A stretch of 64,000 nucleotides of DNA from assembly GCA_018713205.1 (NCBI GenBank), contig DVFN01000015.1, forward strand, positions 23,553 through 87,552, written 5' to 3'. Shown here in pieces: positions 18,551-27,121 of the stretch. The notes under the pieces are model-generated. The model had not been told where the DNA came from. It made no database searches and was given only the letters and a program-made list of their open reading frames with translations. How positions within the stretch are numbered: position 1 is the first letter of the stretch; every line of letters begins with the position of its first letter. This DNA comes from Candidatus Avoscillospira stercorigallinarum. Lineage in GTDB: Bacteria; Bacillota; Clostridia; Oscillospirales; Oscillospiraceae. Position numbers and translations under genes: made by a program.

Positions 18551-19849
18551 TCAAATCTTGCGCTTGTCGATGACGCGGACGGCCTTGCCCTCGCTGCGGG
18601 CGATGGACTTGGGGGCCACCAGCTTGACCTTGGCGTAGATGCCCAGCATGGCCTTGAGGGCGGCCACCAGGCTCTTCTCCATCTCGGTGATCTTGCCCAG
18701 GTTGTCGGAGAAGTTCTCGGCGGTCATCTCGACCATGACCTCCAGCGTGTCGGAGTTGTTGACGCGGTCCACGATGATCTGATAGTTGGCGGGATAGCCC
18801 TGCTCCAGCAGCACGGTCTCGATCTGGGACGGGAAGACGTTGACGCCCTTGACGATCAGCATATCGTCGCTGCGGCCCATGGGCTTGCTCATCTTCACAT
18901 GGGTCCGGCCGCAGGAGCACTTCTCCCGGGTGAGAACACAGATGTCGCGGGTCCGATACCGGAGCAGCGGGAAGGCCTCCTTGGTGATGGAGGTGAACAC
19001 CAGCTCGCCCTTGGAGCCCTCGGGCAGCACCTCGCCGGTGTTGGGGTCGATGATCTCGGCGATAAAGTGGTCCTCATTGATATGCATACCGGTCTGCTCG
19101 CTGCACTCGAAGGCCACGCCGGGGCCGGAGGTCTCGGTGAGACCGTAGATGTCATAGGCCTTGATGCCCAGCTTGTTCTGGATGTCCTGGCGCATTTCCT
19201 CGCTCCAGGCCTCGGCGCCGAAGATGCCGGCCTTGAGCTTGATTTTGTCCCGCAGACCCCGCTCGTGGATGGACTCGGCCAGGTAGGCGGCGTAGGAGGG
19301 GGTGCAGCAGAGGATGGTGGACTCCAGATCGACCATGAACTGCAGCTGCCGGTCGGTGTTGCCGGAGGACATGGGCAGGGTCAGGCAGCCGACCTTGTGG
19401 CTGCCGCCGTTGAGGCCGGGGCCGCCGGTGAAGAGGCCGTAGCCATAGCAGACGTGGCAGACATCCTCATTGGTGCCGCCGGCGGCGACGATGGCCCGGG
19501 CGCAGCAGTCCTCCCAGAGGTCGATGTCGTGCTGGGTATAGAAGGCGACGACCCGGCGGCCGGTGGTGCCGGAGGTGGACTGGATGCGGACGCAGTCCTT
19601 CAGGGGCTTGCCCATCAGGCCGTAGGGGTAGGCTTCCCGCAGGTCGTCCTTGGTGAGGAAGGGCAGCTTGTGGAGGTCGGCGACGCTCTGGATGTCATCG
19701 GGGGTGACGCCCTTCTCCTCCATCTTCTTGCGGTAGTAGGGCACGGAGTCCCACACGTGGCGCACCTGCTTGACCAGGCGCTCGTTCTGCCAGGCCAGAA
19801 TCTGCTCCCGGCTGGCGCATTCGATCTCGGGTTGGTAGTAACGTTCCAT
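18551..19849 (-). CDS. paaK: phenylacetate--CoA ligase family protein
   Basis: 432 aa. N-terminus MERYYQPEIE...RLVKQVRHVWDSVPYYRKKM, AMP-binding core STSGTTGRRV, YGLTE, C-terminal KAVRVIDKR. Classic PaaK-family layout next to iorAB. Confidence 0.9.
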   Translation of the reverse strand: MERYYQPEIECASREQILAWQNERLVKQVRHVWDSVPYYRKKMEEKGVTPDDIQSVADLHKLPFLTKDDLREAYPYGLMGKPLKDCVRIQSTSGTTGRRVVAFYTQHDIDLWEDCCARAIVAAGGTNEDVCHVCYGYGLFTGGPGLNGGSHKVGCLTLPMSSGNTDRQLQFMVDLESTILCCTPSYAAYLAESIHERGLRDKIKLKAGIFGAEAWSEEMRQDIQNKLGIKAYDIYGLTETSGPGVAFECSEQTGMHINEDHFIAEIIDPNTGEVLPEGSKGELVFTSITKEAFPLLRYRTRDICVLTREKCSCGRTHVKMSKPMGRSDDMLIVKGVNVFPSQIETVLLEQGYPANYQIIVDRVNNSDTLEVMVEMTAENFSDNLGKITEMEKSLVAALKAMLGIYAKVKLVAPKSIARSEGKAVRVIDKRKI

Positions 19850-19935
19850 TCGCTTCTTGTTTTCCTTTCAAGCCCCAATCGGGCAGGTTGATACAGAAAG
19901 ATTGCTGGAGGCGGCGTGCTATTTTTGCACGCGCC

Positions 19936-19962
19936 GTAGGGGCCGATGCCTACATCGGCCCG
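19936..19962 (+). repeat. single REP-like unit (cluster D) between iorB and paaK
   Basis: GTAGGGGCCGATGcctaCATCGGCCCG, followed by a second hairpin ACCCGCC-ggag-GCGGGT (19964-19980) that abuts the iorB stop. Confidence 0.85.
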
Positions 19963-19979
19963 AACCCGCCGGAGGCGGG

Positions 19980-20552
19980 TCAGGCGTTGCGGCCCAGGGT
20001 GAAGGCCTTCTGGTTCAGCTCCAGGAATTTGGACGGGACGCTCTTCTCGATGGCGTCCATCCACTCCTGCTCGGTAAAATCGAAGTGGCGGGACAGGTGG
20101 CCCATCAGGACGATGTTGACGGCCTTGGAGGAACCGGCCTCCTCGGCCAGCTTCAATGCGTCGATGGCATCCACGCGGATGCCCGCGCCGGTCATGGCCT
20201 CCACCAGGTGCTCGGGGTATTCCGCCGCGCCGGTGATGACTGGCATGGGGTTGATCTGCTGGGTGTTGGTGACGATGACACCGTCGGGCTTCAGGTACTC
20301 GGTCCACCGGGCGGCCTCCAGCAGCTCGAAGGAGACGATGACGTCGGCCTCGCCCTTGTCGATGATGGGGGAGTAGACCTTGTCGCCGAAGCGGACGTAG
20401 GTCACGACGCTGCCGCCGCGCTGGCTCATGCCGTGGACCTCGGAGACCTTGGTGTCATAGCCCCGGGTCAGCAGCAGCCGTCCCAGGAGCTTGGAGGCCA
20501 GCAGGCTGCCCTGGCCGCCGACGCCGACGATCATAATATTCTTGGTTTCCAT
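19980..20552 (-). CDS. iorB: indolepyruvate:ferredoxin oxidoreductase subunit beta
   Basis: 190 aa. IVGVGGQGSLLAS motif of the 2-oxoacid:ferredoxin oxidoreductase gamma-type domain. Immediately downstream of iorA. Confidence 0.9.
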   Translation of the reverse strand: METKNIMIVGVGGQGSLLASKLLGRLLLTRGYDTKVSEVHGMSQRGGSVVTYVRFGDKVYSPIIDKGEADVIVSFELLEAARWTEYLKPDGVIVTNTQQINPMPVITGAAEYPEHLVEAMTGAGIRVDAIDALKLAEEAGSSKAVNIVLMGHLSRHFDFTEQEWMDAIEKSVPSKFLELNQKAFTLGRNA

Positions 20553-20555
20553 GGC

Positions 20556-22298
20556 TCAGACCTCCTTGGGGGCGCACAGCGCGTCGAATTTACACAGCTG
20601 CTCGCAGACGCCGCAGCCGGTGCAGAGGGTGGCGTCCACCTTGGCCACGCCGCCGGTGATGCTGATGGCGGGGCAGCCGATCTTCATGCACATCTTGCAG
20701 GACTTGCACTTCTCCGGGTCCACAGTCAGAGGCGCCTTGTGCTTGACGTATTTCAGCAGGGCGCAGGGACGGCGGGAGATGATGACGCTGGGCTCCTCGG
20801 CCTGGAGCTCCTCCTTGACGGCGGTCTCGCACTCGGCCAGGTTGTAGGGGTCCACCACCCGGACCCGGCGGATGCCCACGGCCCGGCAGAGGTTCTCCAG
20901 GTCGATCTTGGTGCAGGGATCGCCCTTGAGGTTGAAGCCGGTAGTGGGGTTCTGCTGGTGGCCGGTCATGCCGGTGATGGAGTTATCCAGGATAATCACC
21001 GTGGCGTTGGACTCGTTGTAGGCGATATTGATGAGGCCCGTGACGCCGGAGTGCATAAAGGTGGAGTCGCCGATGACGGCCACAGTCTTCTTGCTCTGGG
21101 CCGGGTCGCTGGCCTTGAGGAAGCCGTGGATGCCGGACACGGAAGCGCCCATGCAGATGGTGGTGTCGATGGCGGCCAGAGGCGGCACCGCGCCCAGGGT
21201 GTAGCAGCCGATGTCGCCCAGGACCGTGAGCTTCAGCTTGTTGAGGGTGTAGAAGAGGCCCCGGTGGGGACAGCCGGCGCACATGACCGGCGGCCGGGCG
21301 GGGATGTTGACGTCCAGCTTGGGGCCGGTGTGGACCGGGCAGCCCAGCTTGGCGGCCACGATGTTCTGGCTCAGCTCGTCGATGCAGGAGAAGGTGTCCT
21401 TGCCCACGGGGTTGAGGCCCAGGTTCCGGCAGTGGTCCTCGATAAAGCCGTCCAGCTCCTCGACCACCACCAGCTTGTCCACGCTGGCGGCGAAGTCGCG
21501 GATGGCCTGCTCCGGCATGGGCCAGGCCAGGCCCAGCTTGAACACCGGGTAGCGGTCGCCCACCACTTCCTTGACGTACTGGTAGCTGGTGGAGGCGGTG
21601 AGAATGCCGAGGCTGTGGTCGGAGCCGGGCTCCACGCGGTTGAAGGGCGCGGTCTCGGCGTATTCGGTCAGGGCCTTGGTGCGGTCTTCCACCACAGGAT
21701 GGCGGCGCTTGGCGTTGCCGGGCATCATGATGTACTTGGCGCCGTTCTTCTCATAGGGCTTGGCCGGAGCCTGAACGCGCTCACCGGGCTCCACCACGCT
21801 CTGGGAGTGGGAGACGCGGGTGCACATTTTCAGCAGCACCGGGGTATCGAACCGCTCGGAGAGTTCGTAGGCCATCTGCGCGAAGGCCAGACCCTCGGCG
21901 GAGTCGGCGGGCTCCACCATGGGGATCTTGGACGACTTGGCGTAGTGGCGGGAATCCTGCTCGTTCTGGGAGCTGTGCATGCCGGCGTCGTCGGCCACGC
22001 CGATAATCATGCCGGCGTTGACGCCGGTATAGCCGATGGTAAAGAGCGGGTCGGCGGCCACATTGAGGCCCACGTGCTTCATGCCGCAGAAGCTCCGGGT
22101 ACCGGCCAGAGCCGCGCCGAAGGCGGCCTCCATGGCAACCTTCTCATTGGGCGCCCACTCGGCATAAATCTCCGGGTATTTGGCGGCGGCCTCGGTGATC
22201 TCGGTGCTGGGGGTACCGGGGTAGCTGGAGACGAAGCCGCATCCGGCCTCGTAGAGGCCCCGGGCCACAGCTTCGTTGCCGAGCATCAGTTGTTTCAT
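20556..22298 (-). CDS. iorA: indolepyruvate:ferredoxin oxidoreductase subunit alpha
   Basis: 580 aa. Pyrimidine- and TPP-binding domains (GDSTFMHSG) and a C-terminal 2x[4Fe-4S] region (CKSCKMCMKIGCP ... CTGCGVCEQLC). Confidence 0.92.
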   Translation of the reverse strand: MKQLMLGNEAVARGLYEAGCGFVSSYPGTPSTEITEAAAKYPEIYAEWAPNEKVAMEAAFGAALAGTRSFCGMKHVGLNVAADPLFTIGYTGVNAGMIIGVADDAGMHSSQNEQDSRHYAKSSKIPMVEPADSAEGLAFAQMAYELSERFDTPVLLKMCTRVSHSQSVVEPGERVQAPAKPYEKNGAKYIMMPGNAKRRHPVVEDRTKALTEYAETAPFNRVEPGSDHSLGILTASTSYQYVKEVVGDRYPVFKLGLAWPMPEQAIRDFAASVDKLVVVEELDGFIEDHCRNLGLNPVGKDTFSCIDELSQNIVAAKLGCPVHTGPKLDVNIPARPPVMCAGCPHRGLFYTLNKLKLTVLGDIGCYTLGAVPPLAAIDTTICMGASVSGIHGFLKASDPAQSKKTVAVIGDSTFMHSGVTGLINIAYNESNATVIILDNSITGMTGHQQNPTTGFNLKGDPCTKIDLENLCRAVGIRRVRVVDPYNLAECETAVKEELQAEEPSVIISRRPCALLKYVKHKAPLTVDPEKCKSCKMCMKIGCPAISITGGVAKVDATLCTGCGVCEQLCKFDALCAPKEV

Positions 22299-23866
22299 GG
22301 CGTTTCCTCCTTTGTATTGTTCTGGTCGCCGATGGAGTCCTTCACCGAGACCAGAACCTTCCGGTCATAACAGGCGAAGACGCGGTCGATCTGCGCCTGG
22401 GGCAGGGCGGGGGTCAAGAGGCTGACCAGGGGGACGATGACGAGTCCGGCGAGCATGCAGAAAGCGCCGGCATTGATGGGAGACTGGAGCACCGCCGGGA
22501 AATATTTCCCGACGAAGATGTTGGCCAGCATGACCACCGTTGAGAACAGGAAGTTCACCCAGCAGGCGGCCTTGGTGGTGCGCTTCCAGTAGAGCCCGTA
22601 GAGGAACGGGGCCAGGAAAGCGCCGGCCAGCGCGCCCCAGGATACGCCCATCAGCTGGGCGATAAAGGTGACGTTGGAGCGATACTGAATGATGGCCAAT
22701 ACCACCGAGATGGCGATGAAAACCACAATCAGGAGGCGCATGGTGAGGATTTGCTGTTTCTCGTCCATATCCTTCTTTATTGTAGCTTTCAGGAAGTCCA
22801 ACGTCAAGGTGGAACTGGAGGCCAGGACCAGGGAGGACAGGGTGGACATGGAGGCCGAGAGGACCAGAATCACCACCACGGCGATGAGCACTGTGGATAA
22901 ACCCTCCAGCATGGTGGGGACGATGGCGTCATAGCCCTGGGCAGCCACGTCCACCTGATCGGAGAAGAGCCGGCCGAAGCCGCCGAGGAAGTAGCAGCCG
23001 CCGGCCACGATAAAGGCGAAGGCCGTGGAGATGATGGTGCCCTTGTCGATGGACTTCTCGCTGCGGATGGCGTAGAACTTCTGCACCATCTGGGGCAGAC
23101 CCCAGGTGCCGAGGGAGGTCAGCAGCACCACGCCCAGCAGGCCCAGGGGGTCGGGGCCGAAGAAGGAGGCGAAGACGCCGGGGGCGTCGGAGACCGTGGG
23201 GTCCGACACCTGGGCCAGACCGTCCAGCGCCGCCATAAAGCCGCCCTGATTTTTCAGCACCGCGCCGATGACGGCAATGATGCCGATAATCATGATAATA
23301 CCCTGGATAAAGTCGTTGATGGCCGTGGCCATATAGCCGCCGGCGATGACGTAGACGCCGGTGAGCACGGCCATGGCGATGACGCAGACGGCGTAATCGA
23401 TGTGGAAGGCCATGCCGAAGAGGCGGCTGAGACCGTTGTAGAGGGAGGCGGTGTAGGGGATCAGGAAGATAAAGATGATGGCCGAGGAGGCCAGCTTGAG
23501 GCTGCGGCTTCCGAACCGCCGCTCAAAGAACTGGGGCATGGTGGCGGCGTCCAGGTGCTGGGTCATAACCCGGGTCCGGCGGCCCAGCACGACCCAGGCC
23601 AGCAGCGAGCCCAGCAATGCGTTGCCGATGCCCGCCCAGGTGGCGGCGATGCCGTACTTCCAGCCGAACTGTCCGGCGTAGCCCACGAAGACCACGGCGG
23701 AGAAGTAGCTGGTGCCGTAGGCGAAGGCCGTCAGCCACGGCCCCACAGACCGCCCGCCCAGCACAAAGCCGTTGACGTCGGTGGTGTGCTTCCGGCAGTA
23801 GAGGCCGATAAAGACCATCACGCCGAAAAAGACGACCAAAAATGCCAGTTTGATAAACATGTCCAT
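22295..23866 (-). CDS. sodium:solute symporter (SSS) family transporter
   Basis: Start trimmed to ATG 23866 (MDMFIKLAFLVVFF). Polytopic, about 13 hydrophobic helices. 4-nt overlap with the iorA start. Confidence 0.8.
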   Translation of the reverse strand: MDMFIKLAFLVVFFGVMVFIGLYCRKHTTDVNGFVLGGRSVGPWLTAFAYGTSYFSAVVFVGYAGQFGWKYGIAATWAGIGNALLGSLLAWVVLGRRTRVMTQHLDAATMPQFFERRFGSRSLKLASSAIIFIFLIPYTASLYNGLSRLFGMAFHIDYAVCVIAMAVLTGVYVIAGGYMATAINDFIQGIIMIIGIIAVIGAVLKNQGGFMAALDGLAQVSDPTVSDAPGVFASFFGPDPLGLLGVVLLTSLGTWGLPQMVQKFYAIRSEKSIDKGTIISTAFAFIVAGGCYFLGGFGRLFSDQVDVAAQGYDAIVPTMLEGLSTVLIAVVVILVLSASMSTLSSLVLASSSTLTLDFLKATIKKDMDEKQQILTMRLLIVVFIAISVVLAIIQYRSNVTFIAQLMGVSWGALAGAFLAPFLYGLYWKRTTKAACWVNFLFSTVVMLANIFVGKYFPAVLQSPINAGAFCMLAGLVIVPLVSLLTPALPQAQIDRVFACYDRKVLVSVKDSIGDQNNTKEETP

Positions 23867-23907
23867 GGTTGAAGACTCCTGACTTGAGAATAATACGGAC
23901 CTGGTCA

Positions 23908-23979
23908 CGGGCGGGCATGAAGCCCGCCCCTACGGCCATGTCGAATGCGTGTCGTAGGGGCGGCCTTTATGGCCGCCCG
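23908..23979. repeat. REP/BIME-like cluster E (2 head-to-head units)
   Basis: Units 23908-23933(-) and 23954-23979(+) GTAGGGGCGGCCtttatGGCCGCCCG. The CCCTAC and GTAGGG heads are 20 nt apart. Confidence 0.9.
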
Positions 23980-24019
23980 TGCCGCGCCTGGCTGCGGCGC
24001 GGAGGTGATTGTATGGCGC

Positions 24020-25657
24020 TTACCGCGTTGTCTGCTCCTCGACCAATCTTCCGCCGCAGTATTTTTCGCGGAGGACGGGCTTTTCGATTTTGCCGGTGGG
24101 GTTCCGGGGGATCTGGTCGAAGATGACCTTCCGGGGCCGCTTGTACCGGGGCAGCTCCTTGCAGAACTCGTCCACCTCGGCCTCGGTGAGGGTCTGGCCC
24201 TCCTTGACCTCGATGATGGCCGCGGCGATCTCGCCCAGGCGCTCGTCGGGCATGCCGATGACGGCCACGTCCTTGATCTTGTCGCAGCGGCGGAGGAAGT
24301 CCTCGATCTGCACGGGGTAGAGGTTTTCACCGCCGGAGATGACCACGTCCTTTTTCCGGTCTACCAGATAGTAGAAGCCGTCCTCGTCCTGACGGGCCAT
24401 GTCGCCGGTGTAGAGCCAGCCGTCCTTGAGGACCTCGGCGGTGGCCTCGGGGTTCTTGTAGTAGCAGAGCATGACGCCCCGGCCCTTGACGATCAGCTCG
24501 CCCACCTCGCCCTGGGGCACGTCGCGGCCCTGCTCGTCCACGATCCGGGCCTCCCAGCGGTAGCCGGGCTTGCCGATGGCGCCGACCTTGGAGATGTTGT
24601 CCACGCCCAGATGGACGCAGCCGGGGCCGATGGATTCGGAGAGACCGTAGTTGGTGTCGTACTTGTGGTGGGGGAAGTGCTGCATCCAGCGGTCAATCAG
24701 GCTGGGCGGCACCGGCTGCGCGCCGATGTGCATCAGTCGCCACTGGTCCAGGTAGTAGTGGTTCAGGTCCACCCGGCCGGAGTCAATGGCGTCCAGCAGG
24801 TCCTGGCACCACGGCACCAGCAGCCAGACGATGGTGCATTTCTCCTCGGTGACCGCCCGGAGAATCCACTCGGGCTTGACGCCCCGGAGCAGCACCGCCT
24901 TGCTGGCGGAGTAGAGGCTGCCGAACCAGTGCATTTTCGCGCCGGTGTGGTAGAGGGGCGGGATGCAGAGGAACACGTCGTCCCGGGTCTGGCCGTGGTG
25001 GTTCTGCTCGGTCTCGCAGGCGCTGAGGAGCGCCCGGTGGTTGTGCAGAATGGCCTTGGGGAAGCCGGTGGTGCCGGAGGAGAAATAGATGGCCGCATAG
25101 TCGTCCTCAGTCAGGGCCACCGGCGGCGCGCTGGAGGAGCAGTAGGTCACCAGCTCGCAGCAGTCCTCGGCGTAGGCGGGGACGTTCCGGCCCACAAAGA
25201 AGAACATCTTGATAAAGGTGAGGTGCGGCACAATGGGCTCCATTCGGGAGATAAACTCCGGCCCGAAGACCAGGACCTCCACGTCGGCCAGGCCGAGGCA
25301 GTACTCGATCTCGTCGCTGGAGTAGCGGAAGTTCATCGGCACGGCGATGCAGCCGGCCTTGAGAATGCCGAAGTAGAGGGGCAGCCATTCCAGGCAGTTC
25401 ATCAGCAGAATGCCGACCTTGGTGCCCTTTTTGAGGCCCCGGCTCAGCAGCAGATTGGCGAAGCGGTTGGCCTTGCGGTCAAAGTCCCGCCAGGTCATCT
25501 CCCGCCGGTAGGGGGCGTCGGGCCGGGCGCTCTGAATCAGGCTGAAATCCCGCCAGGTGACGGCCTTGTCCCGTTCTTCCGAGGGGTTGATCTCCACCAG
25601 ACTTATCTCGGAGCCGTAAAGCCGTGCGTTTCGTTCCAGAAATTCCGTAATGACCAT
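24020..25657 (-). CDS. AMP-dependent acyl-CoA synthetase/ligase
   Basis: Start trimmed to ATG 25657 (MVITEFLERNARLYG). AMP-binding motifs YFSSGTTGFPKA, YGLSE, GWLYTGD and PRNPTGKI. Confidence 0.85.
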   Translation of the reverse strand: MVITEFLERNARLYGSEISLVEINPSEERDKAVTWRDFSLIQSARPDAPYRREMTWRDFDRKANRFANLLLSRGLKKGTKVGILLMNCLEWLPLYFGILKAGCIAVPMNFRYSSDEIEYCLGLADVEVLVFGPEFISRMEPIVPHLTFIKMFFFVGRNVPAYAEDCCELVTYCSSSAPPVALTEDDYAAIYFSSGTTGFPKAILHNHRALLSACETEQNHHGQTRDDVFLCIPPLYHTGAKMHWFGSLYSASKAVLLRGVKPEWILRAVTEEKCTIVWLLVPWCQDLLDAIDSGRVDLNHYYLDQWRLMHIGAQPVPPSLIDRWMQHFPHHKYDTNYGLSESIGPGCVHLGVDNISKVGAIGKPGYRWEARIVDEQGRDVPQGEVGELIVKGRGVMLCYYKNPEATAEVLKDGWLYTGDMARQDEDGFYYLVDRKKDVVISGGENLYPVQIEDFLRRCDKIKDVAVIGMPDERLGEIAAAIIEVKEGQTLTEAEVDEFCKELPRYKRPRKVIFDQIPRNPTGKIEKPVLREKYCGGRLVEEQTTR

Positions 25658-25715
25658 CGATAGATCCCCTTTTGTATGTAATATAATTTCCGTAACCGGA
25701 TATGCCATAAAAAAT

Positions 25716-25741
25716 GCCCACTGCCAAGGAAGGCAGTGGGC
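25716..25741 (-). terminator. intrinsic terminator after thioesterase gene
   Basis: GCCCACTGCC-aaggaa-GGCAGTGGGC. On the minus strand it is followed by ATTTTTTAT. Confidence 0.7.
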
Positions 25742-25806
25742 GCATAAAGCAACATCCGGCTGTGACAATTGGCGTGCTGTTACTTTATCACTTTTAACCA
25801 TTAAAG

Positions 25807-26238
25807 TCAAGAAGTTTTTTCATATTTTACCGGGTGACTGGTTACATAGCCGTTGACGGTCATAAAAGCCACTTGGGTTCCCAGATCATCGGTGATGTCC
25901 ACCTTGTAAAAGCAGGTGTTGTGGCCACATCGGATGCACTGGGACTCGGCGAAGAGGGTCCGGCCCCGGGCGGGGGAGAGGTAGGTGATGTCGTGCTGCA
26001 TGGAGACGCTGATCCGGTCGGAGTAGGCGTTGGCAGACACGGCGAAGGTGAAATCGGCCAGGGTGAAGATCGCCCCGCCCTGGGGGATACCGGCGGCGTT
26101 CATATGGTCGCCCCGGAGCTTGAGGCTGCAAAGGGCGTGGCCCGGCTGGGCGGAGACGATCTCCACGCCGACCACCTCCGTGGCAAAGCGGTCCTGGGAG
26201 AAGAGACCGCGAATTTCATCCATTGTAGGCAAAGTCAT
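25807..26238 (-). CDS. PaaI-family (hotdog-fold) thioesterase
   Basis: 143 aa. The N(A/P)xGxxQGGAIFTLADF motif and size are typical of PaaI/YdiI 4HBT-type thioesterases. Confidence 0.8.
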   Translation of the reverse strand: MTLPTMDEIRGLFSQDRFATEVVGVEIVSAQPGHALCSLKLRGDHMNAAGIPQGGAIFTLADFTFAVSANAYSDRISVSMQHDITYLSPARGRTLFAESQCIRCGHNTCFYKVDITDDLGTQVAFMTVNGYVTSHPVKYEKTS

Positions 26239-26324
26239 TCCTTCTTTCGGGGGAGTTTTCAGTAGTATACCCGATCACGGCCCATTTTGCAACCGGTTGG
26301 GGTGGCGGGATCTGGGCGGACGGA

Positions 26325-27071
26325 CTAGAGGCCGTACCGCCGGTAGCCTTCCATGGCCTCCAGCCGGACGGGCGGACGGCTGGTCCTTTCCTCTGCCCAG
26401 TCGCCCAGGCGGCGGAGGGCGGCGGCGAATGCCGGATCATCTGCGTCTGCAAAACAGAGGGTCTCGTGGGTGACGGTCTCCAGGAACAGGACCCCGTTGT
26501 CGAAGAAGCAGGGGTCCTCCATGTTGGCGTAGTAGTCTCGTTCGGAGAAGACCTGTTGGCGGAGCGTCTCGGCCTCCCGGTAGGCCTCCCGGAGAAAGGC
26601 GTTGAAGGCTGCGTCGGATAAATCGCGCGGCGCATGGTCGAGAAATTCGCCCACCCGTTCCGAAGCTGCCTCGGCGGCCTTGTCATAGGCGGCGTATTTC
26701 TCCCGCAGATAGGCGTCATGACCCGCGGGGGCGCGGCTTATCTCCCGGTCGAAGAGATGGGTCCAGTGCTGGAGAAAGATGGCCTTGGCCTTCCGGCTGG
26801 CGCGATAGACGTAGCATTTCTCCCGGAATTCTCCGTCATAGCGCTGAATCCGCGCATAGGACAGATATTCCCCCAGGCAGAAGGGCCGCAGAGCCTGTTC
26901 CAGCGCCCCGTCCCAGGCCTTTTCCCAGCCGCAGCGGTGGAGGGAAAAGCAGTCGGCCCGGTCAAAGCACAGGTCCATCAGCGCCTGAAAGGCTTCGCCC
27001 GCGATGGTCAGCTCCTGCTTGCGCCGTGTGGGATAGTAGGAGCTATTTTTGAAGGTCAACAGATTCCGCAT
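26325..27071 (-). CDS. hypothetical protein (no recognisable motif)
   Basis: 248 aa. GGGAGGG RBS 6 nt before ATG 27071, and codon usage like its neighbours. Lies 50 nt downstream of addA on the same strand. Confidence 0.6.
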   Translation of the reverse strand: MRNLLTFKNSSYYPTRRKQELTIAGEAFQALMDLCFDRADCFSLHRCGWEKAWDGALEQALRPFCLGEYLSYARIQRYDGEFREKCYVYRASRKAKAIFLQHWTHLFDREISRAPAGHDAYLREKYAAYDKAAEAASERVGEFLDHAPRDLSDAAFNAFLREAYREAETLRQQVFSERDYYANMEDPCFFDNGVLFLETVTHETLCFADADDPAFAAALRRLGDWAEERTSRPPVRLEAMEGYRRYGL

Positions 27072-27121
27072 GGGTATTCCCTCCCGAATGGTCTAAATTT
27101 CAAGGCGTTGATGGCGCGCCG

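Noticed and set aside
18102-18920. 272-aa version of the ACT-domain ORF
   Set aside because: The first 128 residues are R/G/P/D/Q-rich and overlap the 3' end of paaK. ATG 18536 gives a complete two-ACT protein located 15 nt after the paaK stop.
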